Assembly: GCA_963812605.1 (NCBI GenBank) | Contig: CAWEWF010000011.1 | Span: forward strand, 9,708 to 73,707 | DNA: 64,000 nt | Direction: 5' to 3' | Source: an uncultured Verrucomicrobiae bacterium | Lineage (GTDB): Bacteria; Verrucomicrobiota; Verrucomicrobiia; Palsa-1439 | In this document: positions 43,085 to 53,182 of the stretch, one piece after another | How positions within the stretch are numbered: position 1 is the stretch's first letter | How the letters are laid out: each line of letters begins with the position of its first letter | Translations under genes and position numbers: made by a program | The notes under the pieces: model-generated | Databases searched by the model: none | Told to the model about the DNA's origin: nothing | What the model saw: the letters and a program-made list of their open reading frames with translations, nothing else

Positions 43085-43328
43085 GCAGAATTCCCCATTA
43101 CGCGGAGTATGCCAACGCATTCCGGCAGGGACAAGCCTGACGATATTTCAGCCGGTAAGACAAGCAGGCCGGGCGGGCGAGAGTTTTATGGCGTTACCGG
43201 AGAGGAAAGAATCGTAAACGACAGAGATCCTTCGACAAGCTCAGGATGACAACCGGGGGAGAAGGCAACGTTACCGGGCGGCGGCTGGGCCAGCCGTCCT
43301 TACCAACGACCTCGGCGATCTTTGCGTC

Positions 43329-44643
43329 TCAGCTCTTCTCGATAATCGTAAAGACCTCATCCAGCGTCTTGATGATGAAATCGCTGTCGGCATTCGTGAT
43401 GCAGAAGCGGGGGTTTGATGCGGATGGTGTTGGCGGCCATGCCGCCGCGACCGATGAGCAGACCCCGGTCTTTGCACAATTCCATCGCGCGCTGGACGTG
43501 TTGCGGCGCGACTTCCTTCGATTCCTTGTCCTTCACGATCTCCAGGCCGCGCATGAGACCCTTGCCGCGATGTTCGCCGACGATCTTGTGGTCGCGAACC
43601 AGCTTGTCGAAGCCGGCGGCCAGACGGTCACCCTGGACCTTGGCGTTGTGCATATAATTGTTGCGCTCGATGCATTCGACGACCGCGAGACCAGCGGCCA
43701 TCGAGACGGGATTGCCGCCGTAGGTATTGAAGTGGACCTTCTCGCGCATGGACTCGGCGATTTCCTTCGTGCAGGTCACGCCGCCGAGCGGGATGCCATT
43801 GCCCATGCCCTTGGCCATCGTGATCATGTCGGGCTTCACGCCCCATTGCTCGATGCCCCACCATTTGTCACCCGTGCGCCCGAAGCCCGTCTGTACTTCA
43901 TCGGAGATGAACACGCCGCCGTATTTCTTCACGATGTCGTAGGTGATTTCGAAATATTCCTTCGGCGGATCGATCACGCCGCCAAATCCCTGGATCGGTT
44001 CCGCGATGAACGCGGCGATCTTGCCGGACGTGTTGTACTTGATGACGTCCTCGAGTTCGCGCGCGCAAGCGACGTTGCAGGAGGGATACTTCAGGCCGAA
44101 CGGGCAGCGGTAACAGTAGCCCGGCGAAATGTGGGTGACCCCAAAGACGTACGGCAAGGAGTGCCGCCATTTCGACTGGCCCGTCATCGTCATCGCCATC
44201 AGCGTGCGCCCGTGGAAACTGTGGCGCAGGGCGATGAATTCCGTTTGCTTGGTGTAATTCTTCGCGAGCAGCGCGGCCAGTTCGTTCGCCTCGCAGCCGC
44301 TGTTCGTGAAGAAGCTGACCTTCAATCCGCCGGGCATGACCGTCGCCAGTTTTTCGGCGTAGCGGACCAAATTCGGGTGATAATACAATGTGGTCATGTG
44401 CTGCAGATTTTTCATCTGCTCGATGGTCGGGTTGGTCACTTCGGGATGGCAATGGCCGACGCTGATCGTGACCACCGCGGAAAATCCGTCGAGATACTTG
44501 TTGCCCTTGTCGTCATAGACGAACTGCATGTCGCCCTTCACGATGTTCATCGGAAAATACTTCATCGTGCTGGGCAGGATGTACTCGTCGCGCATCTGCC
44601 CGATCTGGTCGGGCGTCAAAGTTTCGGTTGGTTTCATGTGCAT
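43329..44643 (-). CDS. Class III aminotransferase (beta-alanine/beta-aminoisobutyrate transaminase candidate); frameshift near 43410
   Basis: 'FIAEPIQG', 'DEVQTGFGRTG' and 'MAKGMGNG'; pyrimidine catabolism context. Confidence 0.9.
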
Positions 44644-44802
44644 GGGGATTACCTCATAATCAAGATTTAGGTATTGCTACGAGCATACACCGCAAGCCTA
44701 TTTTTTTACCAGAGATTTTTCTCCGGGCGCTGCAAGTCATCGTTTACGGCTGAAATTGCCTAACCAGTTGACGTCGCCGCCAAGATTGGAGATACTACAA
44801 AC

Positions 44803-44985
44803 ATGAGCGGGCCCAGCGTGAAGCGTGAATTGAAAAGCATCGCGGCGCAACTGCCTGATTCGGCTACGTATTCCGACGCGATGTATGAGCTTTACGTGCG
44901 AATGAAGATCGCGGCCGGTCGAAAGGCCGCCACTGAAGGGCGTATCATCTCGCATGCTGCCGTGAAACGCCGCTTTGCCAAGTGA
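44803..44985 (+). CDS. Antitoxin
   Basis: 'QLPDSATYSDAMYELYV..KI..G....EGRIISH'; overlaps the toxin gene. Confidence 0.75.
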   Translation: MSGPSVKRELKSIAAQLPDSATYSDAMYELYVRMKIAAGRKAATEGRIISHAAVKRRFAK

Positions 44986-45272
44986 TGAAGGTCGTCTGGA
45001 CCGCTCCGGCCGTTTCTGATTTGGACGCAATTCGTGGCTACATCGCCCGTGACTCCAAAGTTTACTCCGACACGATGGTGGTGGAGATCTTCGAAGCGGT
45101 GGATCGTCTGATGAAATTTCCCCGGTCAGGCCGCATCGTGCCCGAAGAGAGCGACCCCAACACCCGCGAAGTAATCGTGGGTAACTATCGTGTGATCTAT
45201 GAGATCAGCGGCGCGACAGTGCGCATATTGACAGTTCTTCACAGCGCCCGGCTCTACCGGAAACCGTCCTGA
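44982..45272 (+). CDS. RelE/ParE-family toxin
   Basis: 'VVWT..A..DL..I..YIA', 'FPRSGRIVPE' and 'YRVIY'. Confidence 0.9.
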   Translation: MMKVVWTAPAVSDLDAIRGYIARDSKVYSDTMVVEIFEAVDRLMKFPRSGRIVPEESDPNTREVIVGNYRVIYEISGATVRILTVLHSARLYRKPS

Positions 45273-45388
45273 CCGCTTGCGCGAAGCCGGTGGCTGCGGC
45301 GACGTGGCCCATCTCAGCGAACCACATCTTCGCCATGCCCAGAAAGCACTCTTTGTCGCAGGGAGTTGACGTGTATAGCGCAATTTGG

Positions 45389-45724
45389 TTAGAGCACCAT
45401 CGAATAATTGTCGATGTATTTGTCTATATCTTGTCGCCCCAAATAGCACTTTCCAGCGCGTTCAAAAACGTTGAATTGGTCCTGCCCGCCGGACGATTTG
45501 CTGAGTAAATTTCGGTGCGTGTCAATGAAGCTTCTTGGGAGACAGACTGCCTTTATGTTGTCGTCGTCATATCCACACAGCAGCACAGCGCCTTGGAACT
45601 CTCCCTCAGGCAAGCCGAGCCACCATTTCCGTCCATCCGCCATTTTCCTTCCGGTACTATACGTGATCCCTACGCGCTCTCCTTTACTGTTTTGGTAAAT
45701 CGTCCCGCGAATGTGAGTCAACAT
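45389..45724 (-). CDS. Hypothetical protein
   Basis: 111 aa low-GC ORF with GGAGG RBS downstream of the NCS1 gene. Confidence 0.5.
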   Translation of the reverse strand: MLTHIRGTIYQNSKGERVGITYSTGRKMADGRKWWLGLPEGEFQGAVLLCGYDDDNIKAVCLPRSFIDTHRNLLSKSSGGQDQFNVFERAGKCYLGRQDIDKYIDNYSMVL

Positions 45725-45754
45725 CCCTCCGTGGTCAGCGAGCTTCCCGGCAGT

Positions 45755-47281
45755 TCACACCGCTGCTTGCGGCTTGCGCACGAGGGTCATCCAGGCCCAG
45801 TACACAACGAATGAAATGGAGAAGCCGACGAACCACGCGTAGCTGTACAGGTGCATCAGGAATGGCCCGACGGTTGCAGGGTCCACCAGCTTGATGGTGC
45901 CGAGGAAGCCGGGCACATTCGGGGCGATCCCGAGCACCAGTGCCACGATGGCCGCGGGGTTGAATCCGCTGCCGTAAAAATACCGGCCGTCGCGCAAATA
46001 AAGTTGAACCGGATTCAACCGCGTCTGCCGGATCACGAAGTAGTCGCAGATCAGAATCCCGCCGATGGGCCCGAGCAGGGCCGAGTAACCAACCAGCCAC
46101 GTGAAGATGTAACCGCTCGGGTCGGCCACCAGTTTCCATGGTTGGATCAGGATGCCGATGATGCCGGTGATCAGACCGCCGATGCGGAAAGTGATCCTGG
46201 ACGGCCAGAGGTTCGAAAAGTCATTGGCCGGGCTGACAACATTTGCGGCGAGATTGGTGGCCAGCGTCGCGAGGCACAAGGCAAACAACGAAATACCGAG
46301 CACGGCTGGGCTCTTGAATTTGGTAATGAGCACCACGGGATCCCAGATCGCGGAACCATAGATCACGATCGTCGCGGACGTTACGGCCACACCGATGAAC
46401 GAGTACAACGCCATGGTGGTTGGCAAACCAACCGCCTGGCCGATGACCTGATCACGTTGCGTGCGCGAGTAGCGGGTAAAGTCGGGGATGTTCAGGGAAA
46501 GCGTGGCCCAATAACCGATCATGCCGGTCAGTGCCGGGAAAAATATCAGCCAGAATTGCCCCGCTTTCGGGCCGCCCGGCACAAAGGCCGACGGTTGCGA
46601 GAGCATCGGCCCGAAACCGTTGGCGGCGCGATAGGCCCAGGCGAGCAGGGCCAACCCGAGGAGGATAAGCAGCGGCGCTTTAATATCGAGGAGGATGCGG
46701 ATCGACTCGATACCCTTGTAAATGACGAGCATGTTGATCCCCCAGAAAAACATGAAGCAGGCAAACTGCGCGATGTTGATGCCGCCCCACCAGCTCGGCA
46801 GGGAATTCCACGCGGGCACGTAGATGGTAATGATCTTGTAAATCGCCCAACCGCCAATCCACGTCTGGATGCCGAACCAGCCGCAGGCGACAAACGCGCG
46901 CAACAGCGCGGGGATGTTCGCGCCGCGAATGCCGAAGGATGCGCGGCAATAAACGGGGAAGGGGATGCCGTATTTCGTGCCGGCATGCGCGTTGAGAATC
47001 ATCGGCACCAGCACGATGGCGTTGCCAAAGAAAATCGTAAACACGGCCTGATACCAATTCATGCCCTCGGAGATCAGCGATGAGGCGAGCATGTAGGTCG
47101 GGATGCAGGCCGACATGGAAATCCACAACGCCGCGATGTCTTTCATGCCCCACTTGCGGTCTTTCACCAGCGTCGGGGCGATGTCCTCGTTCCAGTACGG
47201 CGAATGCGAGATATTGTCCGTGACCTCGTGGATGCCGTTGGTAACGCGGACGCCTTCGAGTTCCTGGATGGGCACGTTCAT
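45755..47281 (-). CDS. NCS1 nucleobase:cation symporter
   Basis: Multi-TM; 'GTKYGIPFPV', 'CGWFGIQ' and 'WATLSLNIPDFTRY'. Confidence 0.92.
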   Translation of the reverse strand: MNVPIQELEGVRVTNGIHEVTDNISHSPYWNEDIAPTLVKDRKWGMKDIAALWISMSACIPTYMLASSLISEGMNWYQAVFTIFFGNAIVLVPMILNAHAGTKYGIPFPVYCRASFGIRGANIPALLRAFVACGWFGIQTWIGGWAIYKIITIYVPAWNSLPSWWGGINIAQFACFMFFWGINMLVIYKGIESIRILLDIKAPLLILLGLALLAWAYRAANGFGPMLSQPSAFVPGGPKAGQFWLIFFPALTGMIGYWATLSLNIPDFTRYSRTQRDQVIGQAVGLPTTMALYSFIGVAVTSATIVIYGSAIWDPVVLITKFKSPAVLGISLFALCLATLATNLAANVVSPANDFSNLWPSRITFRIGGLITGIIGILIQPWKLVADPSGYIFTWLVGYSALLGPIGGILICDYFVIRQTRLNPVQLYLRDGRYFYGSGFNPAAIVALVLGIAPNVPGFLGTIKLVDPATVGPFLMHLYSYAWFVGFSISFVVYWAWMTLVRKPQAAV

Positions 47282-47285
47282 CGGG

Positions 47286-48161
47286 CTACGGGAGCAATTC
47301 GGACATTTCCTTGTAGGTCTCAGGACGGCGGTCGCGATAAAACTGCCAGACGTTGCGCACTTCGCGGATCACGTCGAGGTTCAGGTCGGCGACGATGATG
47401 GCGTCCTTTTCGCGCGGGCCTTCGGCGATGATTTTGCCGCGCGGATTGGCGAAATAGCTTTGCCCGTAAAATTCGCCGAAGTCCCAGGGCTTCTCCGTCC
47501 CGACGCGATTGATCGCGCCCACGTAAAAGATATTCGCCACCGCCGCCGCGGGTTGTTCGAGTTTCCACAAGTATTCGCTCAAGCCCGCCACCGTGGCGCT
47601 GGGATTGAAAACGATCTCGGCGCCGTTGAGGCCGAGCAGCCGCCAGCCTTCGGGGAAATGGCGGTCGTAACAAATATAAACGCCAATCTTGCCGACCGCC
47701 GTCTCGAACACAGGATAGCCGAGGTTGCCGGGCTTGAAATAAAACTTCTCCCAGAAGCCGGGCTGGCAGTGGGGGATGTGGTTCTTGCGATACTTGCCGA
47801 GATATTTGCCATCGGCATCGATAACCGCCGCCGTGTTGTAGTACGTGCCGGTGGCTTCCTCTTCGTACACGGGAACGATGAGCACCATCCCGTGTTTCTT
47901 TGCCAGCCGCTGCATCAACTTGATGGTCGGACCGTCCGGCACGCGCTCGGTTGACTCGTACCACTTGATCTCCTGTTCGCAACAGAAATACGGGCCGTAA
48001 AAAATCTCCTGCATGCAGAGCACTTGCACGCCCTTTTTCGCCGCCTGCTCGATCAGCTTCACGTGCTTCTCGATCATCGCCTGCTTGATCTTCTTGACGG
48101 ACGACGCGCCTGACTCCGGGTTGGTCGCTTGAATCAGTCCGCCGCGTACGATGCGTGCCAT
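47286..48161 (-). CDS. Beta-ureidopropionase (nitrilase family)
   Basis: E-K-C triad in 'QEIF', 'YRKNHIP' and 'ICYDRHFPE'. Confidence 0.9.
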   Translation of the reverse strand: MARIVRGGLIQATNPESGASSVKKIKQAMIEKHVKLIEQAAKKGVQVLCMQEIFYGPYFCCEQEIKWYESTERVPDGPTIKLMQRLAKKHGMVLIVPVYEEEATGTYYNTAAVIDADGKYLGKYRKNHIPHCQPGFWEKFYFKPGNLGYPVFETAVGKIGVYICYDRHFPEGWRLLGLNGAEIVFNPSATVAGLSEYLWKLEQPAAAVANIFYVGAINRVGTEKPWDFGEFYGQSYFANPRGKIIAEGPREKDAIIVADLNLDVIREVRNVWQFYRDRRPETYKEMSELLP

Positions 48162-48173
48162 GTTGCGCTCTCC

Positions 48174-49709
48174 TCAATAAATGTTTGTTTGACGCTTTAC
48201 CCCCGTGTAGTCGTAGAACACGGTCTTCAGTTGCGTGAAGAAATTCAGCCCTTCATCGCTCATTTCGCGGCTGCCGTAGCCGGTCGCCTTGAATCCGCCG
48301 AACGGCAATTGTGCTTCGCCGCCAACGGTCGGCGAGTTGATGTGTACCATGCCGGCTTCGATCCGGTCCGTGAACCGCATCACAAGATTTGCGTCGCCGG
48401 TGTAAATCGCACAGGTCAGGCCGAACTGCACGTTATTGGCGACGGCCATGGCTTCCTCGAAATCGCCCACGCGAAAGACGGCCAGCACCGGGCCGAAGAC
48501 TTCCTCCTGCGCCAGCGTGTGCTCGGGCTTCACGTTGTCGAACACGGTCGGCGCTACGAAATAGCCCTTCCCGAGTTTTCCGTCGGTAAGCGCGTTACCG
48601 CCGATCAAGCACTTGTTGCCCTCTTTTTTGGCGATCTCGATATACCGCAGGTCGGTTTCGTACTGCGCCTTGTCAACTGCCGGGCCCATGTGGACGCCGT
48701 CTTCCGTGCCGTCACCCACCTTGATCTTCTTGACGCGCTCGATCAGTTTTTCGAGAAACTTGTCCGCAATCGCCTTGTGCAGAACCAGGCGGCTGGTCGC
48801 GGTGCAGCGCTGACCGGTCGAACCGAAAGCGCCTTGCGCGCAGCCTTCGACGGCGAGGTCGATATCGGCGTCGTCCATCACCACCAACGGGTTTTTGCCG
48901 CCCATTTCGCATGTGACCTTTGCCAAATGCGCGGCGGCCTGCTTGGCGACCTGTCCGCCGGTTTCACAGGAACCGGTAAACGAGACCGCGCGAACGGTCT
49001 TGTTGTTCACGAACTCATCGCCGACGGTGCCGCCGCCGCCGTAGACGAGATTCAGCGCGCCTTTGGGCAGGCCGGCATCTTCATAAATTTTTGCGAGCAA
49101 TTCCGCGCAGCCGGGGGTATTGCTCGCGGCCTTGAAGACCACCGTATTGCCGGCGACCAGCGCGGGCGCCGTTTTCCACACGGGAATGCAGAAAGGAAAA
49201 TTCCAGGGCGTGACGCAGCTCACCACGCCGAGCGGCTGGCGAATCGTGTACACGAACGTGCTGGGCACCTCGCTCGGCGAGGTCCGACCCTCGATGCGAA
49301 AGGACTGGCCCGCATAATACTCGAGCAGGTTGATGCCTTTCTGGACTTCGCCGCGCGATTCGCTGAGGGTCTTGCCTTCCTCGCGCGTCATCGTGCGGGC
49401 GATTTCCTCTTTGCGCTCGTAAGTAAGTTGCACGGCCCTGGCGAGGATGCGACCGCGGGCGGGCGCGGGCGTATTGCGCCATGCTGGAAACGCGGCCTGG
49501 GCGGCGGCGATGCCTGCCTGCGCTTCTTCGCGGGTCGACTGCGGCGCGTGGCCGATGATGTCGTCGGTGTTGGCGGGATTGATGTTGGGTGTGGACTTAC
49601 CCGAGGACGAATCCACCCACTGTCCGTTGATGAAATTCTTGTAGCGGCGCGACTCAGCGGCGGGTTTTGCGGCGCTTTGCGGTTTGTCGGCGAGTGCTTG
49701 TGGCGGCAT
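48174..49709 (-). CDS. Aldehyde dehydrogenase (KGSADH-like, probably non-acylating)
   Basis: 'TPWNFP', 'FTGS', 'EMGGKNP', 'GQRCTA' and 'EEVFGP'. Confidence 0.9.
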   Translation of the reverse strand: MPPQALADKPQSAAKPAAESRRYKNFINGQWVDSSSGKSTPNINPANTDDIIGHAPQSTREEAQAGIAAAQAAFPAWRNTPAPARGRILARAVQLTYERKEEIARTMTREEGKTLSESRGEVQKGINLLEYYAGQSFRIEGRTSPSEVPSTFVYTIRQPLGVVSCVTPWNFPFCIPVWKTAPALVAGNTVVFKAASNTPGCAELLAKIYEDAGLPKGALNLVYGGGGTVGDEFVNNKTVRAVSFTGSCETGGQVAKQAAAHLAKVTCEMGGKNPLVVMDDADIDLAVEGCAQGAFGSTGQRCTATSRLVLHKAIADKFLEKLIERVKKIKVGDGTEDGVHMGPAVDKAQYETDLRYIEIAKKEGNKCLIGGNALTDGKLGKGYFVAPTVFDNVKPEHTLAQEEVFGPVLAVFRVGDFEEAMAVANNVQFGLTCAIYTGDANLVMRFTDRIEAGMVHINSPTVGGEAQLPFGGFKATGYGSREMSDEGLNFFTQLKTVFYDYTGVKRQTNIY

Positions 49710-50613
49710 GTTTGGAACTCCTCTTCTGGCTCCCTAAAATCTCGTTTGTCAGTTTCTCAACCGCGTCGTGCGGGTCAAGTTTTCTCTTGGCGACATCGGT
49801 CAGAACGGTTTGCGCCCGTGGCCCTTCTAGCGCACGAAGTATAGTGGCCGTCAGGCGCGATTGCAATAGTCGAGTCACCTCCGCGCGCACGGCCCGCGCG
49901 CGCCTTTTTGCCAATTCACCCGAATGCACAAGATAGGCGTGGTGGACGTCCATCGCCCCGCAAAGGGTTGGGATGCCTTCGCCGCTCTTGGCCGACGTGT
50001 GAATCGTTGGACGCTCCCATTTGATCGCGCTGTATCGGGGGCCGGCTGCGGGGGCGCGGGCATTGAACAAATCCACCTTGTTAACCACCAAAATGTCCGC
50101 GATCTCCATCAAACCGGACTTCGCCCGCTGGATCTCATCGCCCAATTCGGGCATGAGCACCACGACGACCGTGTCCGCAACTTCCGCAACTTCCACTTCA
50201 TCCTGCCCCGTGCCCACTGTTTCCACGATCACGATGTCGAACCCCGCGGCGTCCAGCGCATGGATGATCTGCGGTGTCGAATCGGTCACCCCGCCGTGAT
50301 GGTGGCGCGTCGCCAGGCTGCGGATGAACACCCCCTCGTCCTCGCTGTGCCGTTGCATTCGCAGCCGGTCCCCCAGCAGCGCGCCGCCCGAGATCGGACT
50401 CGTCGGATCGATCGCAATCACGCCGACGGTCTTGTGTTGGCGGCGCAAATTGTCGATGAGCCGGTCGATCAGCGAACTTTTCCCCACGCCGGGCGGTCCG
50501 GTGACGCCGAGAATGCGCGCCTTGCCCGTGCGCCGGTAAAGTTCCGTCGGCAACGGCTCGCCGCTATCGAGGCGGGTGATCAACTTGGTGAGTTCTTTGC
50601 CGTGCATGATCAT
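49654..50613 (-). CDS. meaB: Methylmalonyl-CoA mutase-associated GTPase
   Basis: 'GPPGVGKS', 'DPTSPISGGALLGDRLRM', 'ETVGTGQDE' and 'NKVD'. Confidence 0.92.
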   Translation of the reverse strand: MIMHGKELTKLITRLDSGEPLPTELYRRTGKARILGVTGPPGVGKSSLIDRLIDNLRRQHKTVGVIAIDPTSPISGGALLGDRLRMQRHSEDEGVFIRSLATRHHHGGVTDSTPQIIHALDAAGFDIVIVETVGTGQDEVEVAEVADTVVVVLMPELGDEIQRAKSGLMEIADILVVNKVDLFNARAPAAGPRYSAIKWERPTIHTSAKSGEGIPTLCGAMDVHHAYLVHSGELAKRRARAVRAEVTRLLQSRLTATILRALEGPRAQTVLTDVAKRKLDPHDAVEKLTNEILGSQKRSSKHAATSTRRQTAKRRKTRR

Positions 50614-51002
50614 CGCCGGCTGCTCTGGATGAACTCCACGATGCTGCCAATGGAACTGCCCGGGCCGAAGACTTCCTTGATGCCCAGCTTCTTCAATTTT
50701 TTCACGTCATCGTCGGGAATGATGCCGCCGGCAAATACCAACAGGCCCTTGACCTTTTCTTTTTTCAGCAATTCCATCACGCGCTTGAACTGCGCCATGT
50801 GGCCGCCCGAAAGCGAACTCAAGCCGATGACGTCCACATCTTCCTGTAGCGCGGCGGCGACGATCTGCTCGGGTGTGTTGCGAATGCCAGTGTACACGAC
50901 TTCCATCCCCGCATCGCGCAGCCCCATGGCCACGACGAGCGCGCCGCGCTCATGGCCATCAAGACCCGCTTTGGCAATCAAAACTTTAATGGGTCGGTTC
51001 AT
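50610..51002 (-). CDS. Cobalamin-binding subunit of acyl-CoA mutase
   Basis: 'GLDGHERG' and 'GGIIP' motifs. Confidence 0.92.
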   Translation of the reverse strand: MNRPIKVLIAKAGLDGHERGALVVAMGLRDAGMEVVYTGIRNTPEQIVAAALQEDVDVIGLSSLSGGHMAQFKRVMELLKKEKVKGLLVFAGGIIPDDDVKKLKKLGIKEVFGPGSSIGSIVEFIQSSRR

Positions 51003-51156
51003 AGTGGAAAATCCGAATTTCGAAATCCGAAACAAACTCGAATGACCGAAATCGGAAAACTCAAAAGGGGGCCGCCGGAACGATTTCCGCAATTGCATTC
51101 TTCGAATTTCGGATTTGTTTCGTGCTTCGAATTTCGGGATTCGGATTTGAGATTTG

Positions 51157-52665
51157 TCATATTGAATGATTTGCCCGATATTCGCCGAATGTTGCCCGCA
51201 ACACTTTGCAGATTTCGCCGACCGTGATGTAGTTGCGCACGCAGTCTACGACGATCGGCATCAGGTTTTCCGAACCCTTTGCTGCTTTTTCGAGGGTTGC
51301 GAGGCATTTGCCGACTTTGGCGGCGTTGCGTTTCTTGCGCAGCGCGGCCAGGTCGCGACGGCGGCGCGGCTCCAATTGCGGATCGATCTTTTGCCTTTGA
51401 ATCTTCAGCACCTTGTCGCTGACGCATTCGTTGACGCCGACAATGATCTTCTCTTTGCGCTCGACGGCCTTCTGGTGTTCGTACGCGGCGTGATAGATTT
51501 CCTTGTAAACGTAGCCACTCTCGATGGCCTTGAGCATCCCGCCCATGTTGTCGATTTTATTCAGGTATTCGCGGGCCTCTTGGGCGAGTTGGTCGGTGAG
51601 CGATTCGATATAAGGACTGCCGCCGAGCGGGTCGGGTTCGGTCGTCACGCCCGACTCGTAGGCGATGATTTGTTGGGTGCGCAACGCGAGCAATGCGGAT
51701 TCCTCGGTCGGCAGGGCAATCGCTTCGTCCTTGGCGTTGGTGTGCAGGCTTTGCGTGCCGCCGAGCACAGCCGCGAGCGCTTCGAGGGTGGTGCGGACGA
51801 CATTGTTGTCGGGTTGCTGGGCAGTGAGCGTCGAGCCGGCGGTTTGCGTGTGGAAACGCAACATCATCGAGCGTTCATGCTTTGCGCCAAAGCGGTCGCG
51901 CATGATGTGCGCCCAGAGCCGGCGCGCCGCGCGGAACTTCGCGATCTCCTCGAAGAAATTACTGTGGCAGTTGAAGAAAAATGCAAGACGTGGGGCGAAG
52001 TCGTCGACGTTCAGGCCACGCTCGACACAGGTCTGCACATAGGTGATGCCGTCGGCCAGCGTGAAGGCGATTTCCTGGGCGGCGGTGCAGCCGGCTTCAC
52101 GCATGTGATAGCCGCCGACGCTGATGGTGTTCCAGCCCGGCACTTCCTTTGCGCAGAATTCCACAATGTCGGCAATCAGGCGCAGGGAAGGTTTTGGCGG
52201 AAAAATGTAGGTGCCGCGCGCGATGTATTCCTTGAGAATGTCATTTTGTACAGTGCCCGAAACTTTGGCCCACGGGACGCGTTGCTTCTCGGCGACAGCG
52301 AGGTAGAGCGCCAACAAGATGCCAGCGGTCGCATTGATTGTCATCGACGTGCTGACCTTGTCGAGCGGGATGCCGGTGAAAACCTGTTCCATGTCCGCCA
52401 GTGACGAGATTGCGACGCCGACGCGACCGACTTCGCCAAGGGCCATCGCATCGTCGCTGTCGTACCCGATCTGCGTCGGCAAATCGAACGCCATCGAAAG
52501 ACCGGTCTGGCCCTGCCCGAGCAGATAGCGGTACCGCTGATTCGTTTCCTTTGCGGTGCCGAAGCCCGCATACTGGCGCATCGTCCAGAGCTTCCCGCGA
52601 TACATCGAAGCGTGGATCCCGCGCGTGAAGGGGAATTTGCCGGGTTGTTCGAGTGGCTCAGTCAT
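51157..52665 (-). CDS. Methylmalonyl-CoA mutase, large subunit
   Basis: '[16 protein letters not shown]', 'QNDILKEY' and 'HTQT'. Confidence 0.92.
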   Translation of the reverse strand: MTEPLEQPGKFPFTRGIHASMYRGKLWTMRQYAGFGTAKETNQRYRYLLGQGQTGLSMAFDLPTQIGYDSDDAMALGEVGRVGVAISSLADMEQVFTGIPLDKVSTSMTINATAGILLALYLAVAEKQRVPWAKVSGTVQNDILKEYIARGTYIFPPKPSLRLIADIVEFCAKEVPGWNTISVGGYHMREAGCTAAQEIAFTLADGITYVQTCVERGLNVDDFAPRLAFFFNCHSNFFEEIAKFRAARRLWAHIMRDRFGAKHERSMMLRFHTQTAGSTLTAQQPDNNVVRTTLEALAAVLGGTQSLHTNAKDEAIALPTEESALLALRTQQIIAYESGVTTEPDPLGGSPYIESLTDQLAQEAREYLNKIDNMGGMLKAIESGYVYKEIYHAAYEHQKAVERKEKIIVGVNECVSDKVLKIQRQKIDPQLEPRRRRDLAALRKKRNAAKVGKCLATLEKAAKGSENLMPIVVDCVRNYITVGEICKVLRATFGEYRANHSI

Positions 52666-53062
52666 GCGGCTCGCAAAGTTCGACAAGCACGCCGTGGGCG
52701 GACTTTGGGTGGAGGAAGGCGATCTTGGCGCCACCGGCGCCGGTGCGTGGCTGTTCGTCGATGAGGCTGACGTTGGCGCTTTTCAGATTCTTCAGTTGCT
52801 CGGCGAGGTGGTCGGTTTGAAGGGTCAGGTGATGCAAACCTTCGCCGCGTTTATCGAGGAATTTCTGGATGGGGCTGTCGGGCGAGGTGGGTTCGAGCAA
52901 TTCAATGGTACTTTCGCCTGACTTCAGGATCGCAACGCGGACTTTCTGCTCGGGCACTTCCTCGATGTGCGAGAGTTTCAGGCCGAGCGCATCGACCCAG
53001 AATTTTTTGGCCTCGTCGATGCTCTTGACTGCGATGCCGATGTGGTCGATGCCGTTAATCAT
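52658..53062 (-). CDS. mce: Methylmalonyl-CoA epimerase
   Basis: 'DHIGIAV', 'IELLEP', 'GEGLHH' and '[14 protein letters not shown]'. Confidence 0.92.
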   Translation of the reverse strand: MINGIDHIGIAVKSIDEAKKFWVDALGLKLSHIEEVPEQKVRVAILKSGESTIELLEPTSPDSPIQKFLDKRGEGLHHLTLQTDHLAEQLKNLKSANVSLIDEQPRTGAGGAKIAFLHPKSAHGVLVELCEPHD

Positions 53063-53182
53063 AAGACACCGTGTTTATATGGTAGCTGCGGCTGGAGAGG
53101 CAAAGCGGTGACGAGTCACCGCACTCCAAAAAGGAACGACAGAGATGCCTCGACAGGCTCGGCATGACAAGGATTTGCTGGA

